A stretch of DNA of 61,596 nt, the filler included, from Sphacelaria rigidula (Eukaryota), in assembly GCA_964200075.2 (NCBI GenBank). It is 10 parts of 10 records of this genome, joined end to end, with 100 filler letters (N's around TTAATTAATTAA, not from the genome) between each part and the next. Parts side by side here need not be neighbours in the genome. Positions count along the whole stretch, not along the records: positions 12,341 to 18,410 come from CAXNAA020022440.1; positions 18,511 to 24,580 come from CAXNAA020022441.1; positions 24,681 to 30,750 come from CAXNAA020022442.1; 7 more parts are not named here. One strand, given 5' to 3'. The translations under genes and the position numbers were made by a program. Below, piece after piece: positions 12,862-24,825 of the stretch; within the stretch, counting starts at the first letter, position 1; each line of letters opens with the position of its first letter. Under the pieces are notes generated by a model. That model saw nothing but the letters and a program-made list of their open reading frames with translations, had not been told where the DNA came from and searched no databases.

Positions 12862-13880
12862 GTCGAGCCGCCGCCGGGGAAGGAAGACGACCACCCTTTG
12901 AAAATGAATGAGGCCTTACTCCGGGAGTGGTTGAACGACTTTGCGCAAGCGAGGGCGGAAAAGGCAGGGACGAAGCGCAAGAGTGTTGTAGCGGAGGCGT
13001 TTGAAAATTTTGTTAGGCAGCGCTCCGGGGGAACAACAGGATGGGAGCGAGCTACACTGCACCTGGCTGTGGAATATTTGGTACATAATGTCTCACAAGG
13101 CACGGGTACAAAGGTGGTCCATGATACGCAATGCCCAGACCTAGGAGTGGACAGTTTGGACGGATGCAAAGAATTGGGTATGAGGTGCGCGAAGCGGTAT
13201 GCGCACATCTCCTTGAACAAGCAACACATTCACAAATTACGCTATGCGGATGTTGAGTTGTTAGCTAACAGCGATGATTGTTCAGTGGCAGAGCACCGGG
13301 GCAATCCAATTCAGAGTGTTCAAGTAGCGGAATACTTCGCGTTTTCAGCGGCTGAGCAACAAGACGCGGGAGTCACGAGCAAGCAGGTAGGGCCTAGTTT
13401 GCGACCTGACCTACGGGAAACCGTGAAGGTCATGCGTATGCAACTAGACGGGAGTACCCAACCCACGGAGAGGATTGCCTTAGTGCAAGATAAGGCGTTA
13501 TTCACGGTAGCTTCCCGGACAGCAGGACGAGGAGGGGTCTTGACGCACATGATGGTTAGTAATGTTTCGAGGCTGCGAGAGGACCAAGGCTTAGTGCTGA
13601 ACGTCTTCTCACCAAAACGCTGAGAGCCGAATCCAAGCACGTATGCCATGTAGCGCCCGACAGGGGTATGCCGGATACGTGTGCCGTAGCAGCGTCACAA
13701 CAGTACGGACAGGCTATGGCGTCCTGTGTTTGGAGGGGGAGACAAGGATTTCTTTTCCCGGAGACAAAGACCACAGGAGATGTCAAATACGCAAGGGGAG
13801 AGCGCGCCATGGCGCCTCGGGCGATGACAGCTAGACTTCAGAGATATGCGCAGCTAGTAGGTTTAGGGGGCATTTCCTGG
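12862..13880 (+). pseudogene. ALOG-domain tyrosine recombinase of a DIRS1-like retroelement; frameshifted and 3'-truncated
   Basis: GTKVVHDTQC..C..RCAKRYAHISL..HKLR..GNPIQSVQVAEYF matches the ALOG Zn-ribbon/helical domain. AEQQDAGVTSKQ and QDKALFTVASRTAGRGG carry the catalytic Arg region. After a frameshift near 13605-13610 come TKTLR, CAVAA..Y, GFLFP and MTARLQRY. The HxxR and Tyr motifs are absent. Confidence 0.8.
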
Positions 13881-14059
13881 AACCCACGAAAAAAGGGTGA
13901 AACTTTCCGTCCCGGCGTAATTATTTTTTACGATGCCTTATGCATTCTCCGTGCCAGATTTGAAAGTTCGACTCTCAAAATTGAGGTGAGGCAGGGTTTG
14001 CAAACCACAAATTCGCGCCTTGGCCGGCCCAGCTCGTACATCGCTCGTAGTTTCCTGCT

Positions 14060-14185
14060 TCGTTGCTTCCCTCCCCTTCCTAAGTACGAGTCCGTTGTCT
14101 CAAGGGATAAACCCACCTCTCCGCCGGTACACGCCTAAACGTTTGGACCGTGGACTGGATCGCCACCCCCGCTCTGCGTCGGCTT
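14060..14185 (+). repeat. Dispersed repeat fragment (second copy about 39440-39575)
   Basis: Both copies share ccctccccttcct..g.acgagtcc.t.gtctcaaggg....aaccca.ctctcc..acacgcct. Confidence 0.6.
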
Positions 14186-14546
14186 TCTCCTCACAAACTC
14201 GGCCAAACACGCCAAACACGCTATTCTTTCTACTCATGTCCGTACGCTTCATTACCTGGACAGTATGGATTGCATCATCAAAAAGTGTAAGTTGTACCAC
14301 TAGACCACCAGGGGCGCGTCGGCTACATCAAGTCATTTGTAATTTACACAGTAATCCAAGCGATGCTCTGGTGATATACTGGAAGTGGCGTCGTCAGTAC
14401 ATGAGCAAAATCTACCATCTCAAGGGGCTCTGCCGGCCGTAGCGCGAGGTCTCCCCCATGCCACCAAAAGAAGTCGATAACGTCATCACTACCCCGTGCT
14501 GTGCCTGGTGCATTACGGTACCACAGGGCACGAGACATCCATGGTC

Positions 14547-14699
14547 CTACATTTTCACATCATAGCAACCTGAGTGCTTTTGTAGATGCTTTTTAAGGTG
14601 GGCTCGCTGCTCTCGGAGATGAGGTGGTGCGCTCTTGTACACGTCATCGAACATGGTGCCCATGGACGGCTTGGCCTTTCGCTCTGCATTTTCGAGAGC
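14547..14699 (-). CDS. BCKDHA: Branched-chain 2-oxoacid dehydrogenase E1 alpha, last exon
   Basis: An acgcag acceptor is followed by ALENAERKAKPSMGTMFDDVYKSAPPHLREQRAHLKKHLQKHSGCYDVKM*, matching the E1-alpha C-terminus (AE..PKP....F.DVY...P..L..Q...L..HL). Confidence 0.9.
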   Translation of the reverse strand, partial: ALENAERKAKPSMGTMFDDVYKSAPPHLREQRAHLKKHLQKHSGCYDVKM

Positions 14700-14859
14700 C
14701 TGCGTTGGACCAAAAATACAGGCGCTGAGGTGTTGCGACTGGTACACGTACATGCTTACAGGAGTTCAATAATGATTTCATGAAGGATATGGGCTACTTG
14801 ATCACAAAAAAAAATATACAACGACCGAAAGTGCATCTTGTTTGACCGAGGACAACGTA

Positions 14860-15395
14860 CTTCCTCTGTCCCAGAAGTAAAGGTACCCAAATTTGTACGG
14901 GCCCTTAACGATGTCCGGTCGTTTGTTTGTTTTTTTAGTGAACTCTACGGTGTTTTTTGGGTCAAGAAAACGTGTTTTAAATTATCAGCTCGTGTTTGAA
15001 CCATGCCGCAGAACGGCTGCAAAAAAAGTAGTCGGCCCAAAAATGGCCGTTTTTTGCCCCTTTCCGAGGAGAAAAAAACTGTCGAAAATATTGTTTTTGA
15101 ATTTTTTTTAATCGCGTGGGACTTCCTGGCAGCAAGCCCCAGTGAAAGCGGGGGCGATTGAAACAAATTTAAAAAAAAAATGACACTTTTTTCCCCTTGC
15201 AAAAAGGGGCAAAAAACGGCCATTTTTGGGCCGACTACTTTTTTTGCAGCCGTTCGGTGGCATGGTTCAAGCACGAGCTGCAAATTTAAAAACATATTTT
15301 CTCAACACAACGTAGAGTTCATGAAAAAAAAAACGATCGGACATCGTTAAGGGCCCGTACAAATTTTGGTACCCTTACTTATGGGACAGAGAAAG
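14860..15395. mobile_element. Stowaway-like (Tc1/mariner) MITE with long terminal inverted repeats, in the last BCKDHA intron
   Basis: TA flanks both ends (14858-59, 15396-97). The termini are CTTCCTCTGTCCCA and TGGGACAGAGAAAG, and the arms are complementary for about 250 bp. Confidence 0.9.
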
Positions 15396-15924
15396 TATAT
15401 TCGCCCCACCTGGTGCACATATGCGCGACCCAAATCATGACCTGGACAACACGACACGCTCTTCGCTTGTTGAGACGATACGTTCAGAAGGTTACTGGTG
15501 ACTGGGGAGCGATAGTTTCGGAGGTCGAAAGTATTTTTTGCATCGTTCCACTCACCGGTTTTTTTCAAGGACTATGACCCACGTAGGTTCTCATCTCCTA
15601 TGAAATGGCGGTTTCTACTACTCGGTCTGGAGGTGTGGCATGTCCATATGACATGCAGTTCAGCATGTGACCAAGCTGCCATGAATATAAGCGGACCACG
15701 CAAAGTAAGTAGAATGTAAAGCACAGTAAAGGATTTGCGACGGTGAGTTCTCCATTGGCCCAGCACACGTTGGCAGAGAATTTATGTCAGGGAGGTAAAG
15801 CGGTCGGTCGCCAACAAGACGAGAGAGTTGAAAGCAGCCGCACCTCTTCGTCGGAATGGCACCAGTGAGTGACTACGCAGACTCCCAATCCTCGAAAACG
15901 CGGATTCTGTGGCGTGCTATTTAC

Positions 15925-16050
15925 CTTGAGAACAGCCTGCCTTTCCTTGTCCCTCAGTTGACGATCCCTATCGCTGTCCCACCACCCCTTATTCTCAAGA
16001 TATGCCGCAAATCTCAAGATGGGGTTTCTGCCCGTCTTCCATTCTTTCAC
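15925..16050 (-). CDS. BCKDHA: Branched-chain 2-oxoacid dehydrogenase E1 alpha, penultimate exon
   Basis: gacag acceptor and AAG|gtaa donor; VKEWKTGRNPILRFAAYLENKGWWDSDRDRQLRDKERQAVLK. It joins the last exon in phase 0. Confidence 0.9.
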
Positions 16051-16261
16051 CTGTCGCAGTTATCGAGTGGAGTTTGCCATCAACGTGTGGTGTTAGTTCA
16101 CGTCAGACTCAGTAACATATGAGACCGCGGGACGATTGGATGTTCGTTTGGTCACCCTGCGTTATCACTATTTGCGACCCGCCCGACACGACTACCTTGG
16201 GAATATGAGTAGGTGCCACCAACATGAGCATGAAAGCGTTGGCCCTGCTGCATCACATGGT

Positions 16262-17740
16262 GGGGACGTACGCATTTGTTGCTTACCTTAGTTGTTTGAC
16301 GATTGACCACGCATCCCTTTCGAGACGGAGCACTGTTCTTACTCCTAATAGAGACACCTCCGACATCCAGGTGCTCATTACATTTCTTCCATACAGTGCA
16401 CTTGACTTTTTTACATCTCTTAGTCCCGTCCTGTTTCGCCTTCTGTGGCCGATTTTCATCTCCAGCCATATTTTTCTCCCTAGTGTCTAATGCATCAAAC
16501 GATTCCATGCCGCCTTCGTTCACGTCCCGCATTTCCCCTTCTAGCACGTCCCGTCCCTTCTTGTATAGTTCACATTCTGTCACCATATGACTTCTGTTAT
16601 CTAATGCTTTGCCACAGGGGCAGTTCTGTGCATCTGCATCCCCCTCCTCTCGACTACTGGTATACTTCGTATCTCTTTCTCCGTACTGGCAGGTCTAGTT
16701 CCCCCACCCAAAATCGCGTTTCAGATTATTCGCCGCGTGCATTGAGCCATGTGGATATGTTTCCATCCCTGTCCACTTTCTCAGCCCCCCGTAAACCTTC
16801 GGGTGTTCTTTCTCGTGTACTTTGCGTCTGAGCGTTTATTTCCCCGTTATTTCTATCATGCCTCTTACTTTTGTCTTGTACCTCGCACCTGCACCTATGG
16901 ACAGTATGTCGTCTTGGTTTCTTCCTATTCCCTTCCATGATTTCTTGACTTCTCTATTCCACCTTATTCCAGCCTATCCTTTTGTCATTTTCTTCCACAC
17001 AGCCCTATCAACTATGGCTGGAAATCGCCTTCTCCGCGTGGTGTTTACGCTGTATCGGCGTCTCAATTTCCTCATCTGTCTGTTTCAAGTGAATACATTC
17101 CCAACTCTGCTCTCAACGCTTCATTACTCGATCTTTTCGAGCAGCCAAGTATTTTCTTAGCTGCTGCCATCGGTTCTGTTTCTCACTTCTTCACCAACTT
17201 CGCGTTCCTATCCAATACTCCTCCAACATGTTCCAGCTTTGGTACAGTCACGTTCGCTAGGATGCATATCCCAATCCTAGTATCTAGGTGCGAGTCTCTG
17301 GGGATCACGTCTATCCTGCTGTCTGTGCCTTACCCTTTTAATGCTAAATTCATGTGTGCATCCCAACACCACTTTTCCTTTACATATCTACGCCAAGGTA
17401 TGTATGATGGTCTACGATCGGCAATTCTTCTTCTCCTCACTTCCACTTGAAAGCTGTACTGGGCTTTCCTCATCTTCGTTACATACAAGTACCACACATT
17501 TGTGAACATTTGATGTCACTCTCCATTTCCTAGTGCACTCTAGCTCCTTCACGATTTGTTTCTGCAACCCTTTCGGTGTTTCCGATATCGCCACGAAATC
17601 ATCCACGAACATCAATCCTGATATCACATCTTCCCCCACCTTGATTCCTTGCTTTGCTACTGCTATTGCTCTCATTAGGCCATTGATAAATACTTTGAAT
17701 TAAGTGGGTGATAATGTACATCCTCATGCAACTCCTCCAT
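16262..17740 (-). mobile_element. Decayed LINE: reverse transcriptase C-terminal half plus C-terminal domain
   Basis: GCTLSPT, LMFVDDFV (YADD equivalent), KWRVTSNVHKC, AAKKILGCS..SNEALRAELG and terminal RKGCVVN..T.K..NK are visible, with many stops and frameshifts. Confidence 0.85.
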
Positions 17741-17745
17741 CACAC

Positions 17746-18410
17746 GGGGGGGGGGGGCGTACTCTTTTGTTGCTTGCCTTAGTCGTTTGACCATTGACCA
17801 CGCATCCCTTTCGAGGCGGAGCACCGGCACGGGGGGGGGAGGACGTACTCATTTGTTGCTTGCCTATGTCGTTTCACCATTGACCACGCATCCCTTTCGA
17901 GACGGATCACCGTTCCTACTCCTAGTAGAGACACCTCCAACATTCCGGCGCTCATTACGTCTCTTCCATACCTCATTATGTTTCTTCCATACATTGCACT
18001 AAACTTTTCACATATCTTATCCCCGTCCTGTTTCGCCTTTTGTGGCCGCTTTTTCTCTCCAGTCATCGTTTTCTCCCTACTGTCTAATGCATCAAAACGC
18101 TCATGCTATCTTCGTTCACATACCGCATTTCCCCCACTAGCACATCCCGTTCCTCCTTGTATAGTTCATATTCTGCAATTATATGACTCCTACTCTCTTT
18201 TCCTTCGCCACAGAGGCAGTTCTATCCATCGTTTTCCTCCTCCTTTCGACGACTGGTGTATTTCTCTCTTCTTTTTGGCAGGTCCAGGTCCCCCACCCGG
18301 AATCGCAATTTCAACTTTTTCGCCTTTCGCGTCACCGGGGGGGGGGGGGCGTACTCATTTGTTGCTTGCCTTAGTCATTTGACCATTGCCCACGCATCCC
18401 TTTCGGAACG
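17746..18410 (-). mobile_element. Stack of three 5'-truncated copies of the same LINE 3' end (about 17746-17825, 17831-18310, 18337-18410)
   Basis: Each copy begins on the plus strand with a G-run followed by cgtactc(a)tttgttgcttgcct..gtc.ttt.accatt.accacgcatccctttcg. 17900-18310 is homologous to 16330-16720. Confidence 0.85.
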
Positions 18411-18510
18411 NNNNNNNNNNNNNNNNNNNNNNNNNNNNNNNNNNNNNNNNNNNNTTAATTAATTAANNNNNNNNNNNNNNNNNNNNNNNNNNNNNNNNNN
18501 NNNNNNNNNN

Positions 18511-18851
18511 GACAGTAGGGAGAAAACGACGGCTATACTAGGAGATAGATGGTGGCCAGAGACGGCGAAACAGGACGGGGATTATTATTATTATTTCCGC
18601 ACATTAGTCCGATCTCGCGAACCCGTGGTCACAGACGTAGGCTCGCCTTTCTGGATAAGATATGTAAAAGGTTTTTGTGTAATGTATGGAAGAAACGTAA
18701 TGAGCTATGGAAGAACCGTAATGAGCGCCAGAATGTTGGAGGTGTCTACGAGTATTAGGAGTAGGAACGGTTCTCCGTCTCAAAAGGGATGTATGGTCAA
18801 TGGTCAAACGGCGAAGGCAAGCAACACATAAGTACGCCCTCACCCCCCCCC
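18511..18851 (+). mobile_element. LINE 3' fragment (same family) ending in a C-run
   Basis: ggaacggttctccgtctcaaaagggatgtatggtcaatggtcaaacg...agtacgccctcacccccccc. Confidence 0.8.
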
Positions 18852-19149
18852 GGCAGAGGGGCCCCCGCCAAAGGCACCGTGCGGGAGGCACGTTTTCAGC
18901 ACACCCTGGAGAAAAGATCATGTTGTCGAAAAATGTGCTGCGTACAGTATGCAATCTATCGTATGTTACAGCAGGCGCCATACTCGATACTGTACGCTGT
19001 ACACTTTCTGACTGTATTCTATTGTCGAGGGTATGGTTTCTGATTTGGCTTCACTAGAGCTAAATAATACGTGTGCTGTATGTAGCATACGTAGCCGATG
19101 ACAGCTAGAAAAGCCGGTAACGGTAGAAAATGGTTTGAAACCTGTCCGA

Positions 19150-19179
19150 TGTTGTTGTTGTTGTTGTTGTTGTTGTTGT
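19150..19179 (+). repeat. (GTT)n microsatellite
   Basis: About 9-10 perfect TGT/GTT units. Confidence 0.9.
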
Positions 19180-22100
19180 CTTCACATTAAAAGTCCGATA
19201 CTCTCGTATAACCAAGAGCATTATCATCATAATAATGATAATGGCCAGTTAAAACTGAAATCATTTCCGAGCTCTAGATACCTGCGAAAAATTTCCACAT
19301 CGTCCTTCACATTGCATGTGTAGTTGGATTCTTGTTCAGAGGTCATGCTCGAAAGCTCGGGGCCGAGCGTCCCGGAAAAGGAGGGCTCGTCTTCTGGGGT
19401 GATAAAAAGTGTCCCAAGACATGTGATGAGGGATACTTCCTGTTTGAGAACCAAAAACTGTGTCAAATGTCCAAAAACTGAAATGTCAACCCCCAGAACG
19501 AAGCAAGTCGTGTAAAAAACGGTCAAAGAGAGTTTTTCCGTCAGTCGTGAACAACATGGGGCGCGATAGTGATTTTCGAATGGCTCCCGTAAGAGATGGT
19601 CTAAGAGGTCAGCTTATTTTGTCCCGGTACACGCCCGACACTCTTGTCGGAATCGCTGGTTGAATTAGAACTGCCGCACCGCATCGACTTACATCGGATT
19701 GACTCCGCTACTCAATAAATGTCTTTACGTTTTCAAAGAAGTCAGATTCCTTTAATAAAAATGCGCATATCTGCCGAGATTCGAACATTCAACTTCGCAA
19801 CAATCGGCTCATATGATGATGCAGGATGTATTAGCTACTCGTGGATCAATAACTGGGGGACGGCGGGCGACTGAACGACACACACGGTAGCTCGTGCGAT
19901 ATTCAAGGAATTCCAACCTTGACACGAGATCACGTCTTACCCCCACTCATCAACGGGTACACCTGCCATGCTTTGGAGCTATTGTACGTACGTATGCTGG
20001 ATAAAAAATGACGTATCCACGAAAGGAACATGAGCCCTCAGACGGCGAGAGTAGGTCATCTGTTGACGTATTTCACTTGAAAAAATTGTGCATCGTCTAA
20101 ATGGACCACCCTCCACGTCAAAGTTACCGTACCGCTTGGCCCGTGCAGAACTGCGAACCATAGCACTTCTCGTGGGTATTTTGTTTCTTCCCAATATGAA
20201 CAGTATTACCCTGAAAAAAATAGCTGCTTTGGTGGTGCAGCGCCGATTTTTGCCGTAATAGGGGGGTGTTACGCGTTGAGTACCCTGGTGAAGACTAGCT
20301 GTAAGCTCCGCGGGAATTCTAAAGTACTTTGGCCCTGTGTCGTCAGCACAGATTTACTCTTTAACGTCAGATTATTTCGCAAAAACAAGGGATGATCTAT
20401 TTCGATTTTCCCCCCCCCCCCCCCCCTCCAAACAAAAATTTTAAAAAAAAAAGGGGAAGAGTTGTTCTTTTTTATACAGNNNNNNNNNNTTTCTTTTTTT
20501 CTTTATCAATGTTTTTCTCTTTATCTTCAAATTTTTTGTCAAAAAAAGGGCTTTTTTTTTTTTTTTTTTCCCCCCCCCCCCCCCCTTGAAAAAGCAAATC
20601 TTTGAAAAAAAGGAGGGACATTTTTGTTCATGTGAATACATCCGGGGGAAAAATCCGCCGTCTTCGCTGTAGATGCCGGTTGTAAGCAGCACGGTAGACA
20701 CACAAGAGAAACACAAGAAAAAAATGTATTTTTAACCGGGGAGCTGTTTTTTTCGAAGGACCAGTAGCGGTCTGACCACGGTGGTTTGTACGCACACGAC
20801 CCTCAAACATACACGTGCATGGCAGAGGGGGAATTCTCGCTTCAACGGTTACACTGCAACCATTGTCCCGGACAAACAGCGGACACGCGGCACCCTTGAA
20901 ACTGAATGCACGTAACGGTATAAACAGCATAACTCACAGACATGGCAGGATAGTACTGAAGGTGGACAAATTCGACATCCATGCACACGGTTACCCTACG
21001 AAATAAACAACACATCGCAAATTCTTGAACTTTCAGTGTACGGTACAGTATCACAAGGCCGTGTGCGGATTTATGCACGTGCTGCACTTGCTGACCATTT
21101 GGAGGAACACACATGCGGTGGTAAAAACATACAAGCAATATACTCGTAGTCACACACAGTAAAATGCCGGCAGTGCAGGGTACGGTAGGGTTATAATGTG
21201 TTGCACTGTACGGAAAATTTAGAGATGCTGCAGGAGCGCGGGTCCGCAGACAAAATTATTCACGGAGAAAGGAACAAAAGCAGACATCAGGAAAAAGTAC
21301 AAGACCCAGTTCATGAATCGAGTCTTCGGCTCTTTATTGCAGTACGGCTAAACTTGGAGTGACCCAGAAACGACTCCTCCCCCATCCTCCGCCCGCCCGC
21401 CTGTGTGCAGCCATACTTGATTCTCTTCCCGACAACCTCCACAAAAACGCGCAACGTCGGTCATTCCTACCGCGCGCAACATGGGTCATTCCTACCGCGC
21501 GCCGTTGTTGAAAAAAGGTTACATATGTGGCAAGCGACGGCACCAATCAAGACGACCAATGAGACCGAAGCAATACAACGAGTACAGTAGGGTATACATG
21601 AAGAGTATAACTGTACTATCATCATCAAACAACACACAGTACAGGGCAAGACAGCAGGACAGCAACGAGATCGGGGTCGTATGGGGGGGCGCACACCCAT
21701 TTTCATCTTCAAGTACAGTAATTTGTTTCTCCTACTGCCGAAAACACAAATAGGAAACTATACAGCTGTGCCGAACCGTACTTCGTCATCACCCCAGAAG
21801 TCTCCCCTCCGCATCTTTCTTGCCCTCCAAATATAAAGAATAGACTCGTCACGGACTAATAGGTGCGGGGAACAGGAAACATCAACGATTAACTCCCACA
21901 CCGACTCGCACTTGCGCCGCATAAGAGTCCGGGCTCATCAGAGAATGTTCCGTGTGTAGAAAGCTATCAGTAGCAGCAGTAGTCCGGTATTGTTTATACG
22001 TGTTCAGCATGGTGAAAACCATGAACGCGACCCCATGCGACCGGGTTCTGAACGTGCAATTGGGTCAAGCAGAGTTTACTCGAGGCAGTATGATATTTGA

Positions 22101-23668
22101 CCGTGGTAATGAACGGGTGCATACGACCCGCCCAAGCACGTTCCGGACCCTGTACGCTTCTTGGCATACGAGGGCGACAGGTGCAGTTGCTATATTTCAG
22201 TTATGAATACTCCGAGCATGACACCTGTGGCACGACACAAACTAGCACAATAAAGGACCAAGACCGATCGCTCTGCTCTCCAACTCTGCCAGTCTCCACC
22301 ACCCCAACCCTGGTTCAACACACAACACCCGTGTACAAGTGCACGGACTGCACAACTAGCGCCCGAAGAAACTATTGGGTAGGTATATCGGAAGGTTGAT
22401 ATGCTACAGCTGTTGTAGTGACAAAATACAACTTCGTTCACATGAATTCTGTATGACCATGACCTTAATTATACGGTACACTTACGCATGATATGCACAT
22501 CGAATTGTACATGATATTCACGGCCAAATTTAGAGTTACCAGACAACAGCCGCACATACGGTTGATTAGATTTTTGCCGAAACAGGCGAGACTACGAGCG
22601 GGGCAGCAGAAGCCTGAATACTGAGTAGCTGAGTTACTAACCTGATCAAAGTACTCCCGATCAGCCGCGCAGCTCGCATCACTAGCTCGCCTCGATCCAC
22701 TCTCACTAGCCCTATTGTTGCCTGCGCCGACACCCCTCCCAACGTCATGCCCATCAGCCGATGCTGCAGCCCTCGTCGGGGCAGGCGTGGCAGCTGAAGC
22801 ACCATCAGCAGCACAATCGTTCAACAAATCGAAGTCCGCGCAGTCACCCAGGCATGTGAACACGGAGGCCATGCTTACAATGTGGCCGTGAGCCGGTGCC
22901 CTCTATGGTGGCGATGATGGTGGCGACGGAAGTGATGTTTGAAATTCGTCCTGTTTTTCGGGTTCCCGATTTCTCGTCAAGGATGTTCGCCTGCACAGTC
23001 CTGCCCGTCCTTAATCCGTGGTATGTTGTTTATGAGATTTTGTGTTGCTGTCGCTTTGGCCCTTGTGCTCAAATCAGGCGTAACCGACGTTTTCTATGTC
23101 TGTGTCTTCTCTCGTTCCGACTGGAAGAGCGTGACCCAAGGCCCTGAGAATGCGGCAGCTGGATGTGCGGGGTTCGGCAGGGCTGGGGGTACGCAAACAG
23201 AACTCAATTTTTTTAAGTGATCGTCACACTAGGCTGATCATACGGTACATCCCGTTGATCATATGCAAACCCAAACACAGAACACTTTTTACTCGTGGCA
23301 TCAGTAGATCTGTTCAGTGAGGCACGAATAGACACTCTTCAGGGGGGGGAAGAATGTTGAGTGCTCAAGTCATAAGGAAAACCATAGCACTTGAAGAGTT
23401 GGAGTGTGACACCGTGATTTGGAACAGGTTTGTCTTTTGTCCACCACCACCTTGCCACGATACCCGTGCTCGTAGGATGATCTTGGATATCGTGGAAAAT
23501 GACATGAAATACGCGAGTAGAATTTGAGCTGCCGGGACACGACGCGGGACCACTACCTTCGACCCCCAGCCTCTGGGAATGAACAGCACGCTGAACCTCT
23601 GAAGAGCGTGAATGCTACGAGAAATATATTGTCCCATCCACGTATTTATCCACTCGTGGACAGCCGTC

Positions 23669-23745
23669 GCGCCTCGGTGGTCTTATGGTACAACTTGTAT
23701 ACCGTTATGGAGAGAAAACCATGGGCTCGATTCCCGGGAGATGCG
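23669..23745 (+). pseudogene. tRNA-derived sequence (tRNA pseudogene or head of a second SINE family, tRNA-Gly-like)
   Basis: About 76 nt, with a GCGCCTC/GAGATGC acceptor-like stem, A-box TGGTCTTATGG and B-box-like GGCTCGATTCCC. The anticodon arm is degenerate. Confidence 0.55.
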
Positions 23746-24414
23746 TCGAGTTTGGTTTCCCCCTTATAAGTACAAGTGTATGATTTCCGCCATCTTTCAA
23801 GGAGCGCAGGCATGAGTGTAGCAAATAGAGGAGCGCTGATGCATCCCGCCATACCAAAATATAAGATGTGTGCCGGGGGAGAACTTGATCAATCCCTTCA
23901 CAAGACTCATCCCGAGGAGGGGCGGGATTGTAGACGAGAGCAGAAAACGACCAGCGACGTTCATGACTCCCCCATGCACACCCCTCCTCGGGTGTGTAAA
24001 ACTGGCTTCTCTTCATGTGCCCCGATTCATAGAGCATCAAGCTCGCTTGGTACTCAGAGAAACTTGGGGCTAAAGTGGCAGAAATATCCTGTACAGCGTA
24101 TTCGAGAGATGATCTGTCCGAAGTGTCATACCGAACCGCGTTGTCGGTAACGCGTGCTGGGTTGAACATTACTGACTGGCACAAAGTTTGCGAGTACATT
24201 TACGGTAGCGATTTGGATACTGAAATCAGTATAATCCATGCCGTCGCCAGCGCCTTCTCGTGGTTTAGTGATCCCCTGACATTATCCATGTTGACTATTA
24301 AACATATTTACGAGGTGCATACAAGGGAAAGGCGTCGCCTAATCCTTTTTGTGATAATCAAGGGTCTGTCGAGAGAATTTTTTTGGACACGAAGCCCCCC
24401 TCCCCCCCCCCTGT

Positions 24415-24530
24415 GGTGAGACACCCATGAGGCAGTGTATAAGCCGCGACTGTCTCTGGAAGTGGCGATGCCAGATAATAAAGCAACTCATTGTAGGCTG
24501 TCATCCAAATGCAAGATTATCAATATAGGC
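24415..24530. repeat. Dispersed repeat with terminal hairpin (second copy 61479-61596; weaker match near 38730-38775)
   Basis: gagacacccatgaggcagtgta.aagccg....gtctc.ggaagt..cgat.ccaga.aataaagca.ctca.tgtaggct.tcatccaaatgcaaga occurs in both contigs. Confidence 0.75.
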
Positions 24531-24825
24531 TCCGGTACGAACAATCTTAGCAGGATGAAGCTCACCCTTCATACGACTCCNNNNNNNNNNNNNNNNNNNN
24601 NNNNNNNNNNNNNNNNNNNNNNNNTTAATTAATTAANNNNNNNNNNNNNNNNNNNNNNNNNNNNNNNNNNNNNNNNNNNNAACAAGCTTGTTTGAACAAC
24701 TGTTGCTGCTTTCAACGACGATCTGACTCGAAATTTCGATCAACAAATGGCCCAAAATACCCCCCCCGCTATCGTAGGATGGCTCTCACCTACTTTTACC
24801 TCCAAGTGGTATTAATCATAGCCAG

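Noticed and set aside
7525..16050. Three exons of exactly 126 nt (7525-7650, 11620-11745, 15925-16050)
   Set aside because: The genes are unrelated and the size is typical for exons; this is coincidence.
20640..23220. Minus-strand ORF fragments possibly from a DNA transposon or pseudogene
   Set aside because: There is no recognisable motif, terminal repeat or consistent exon phase.
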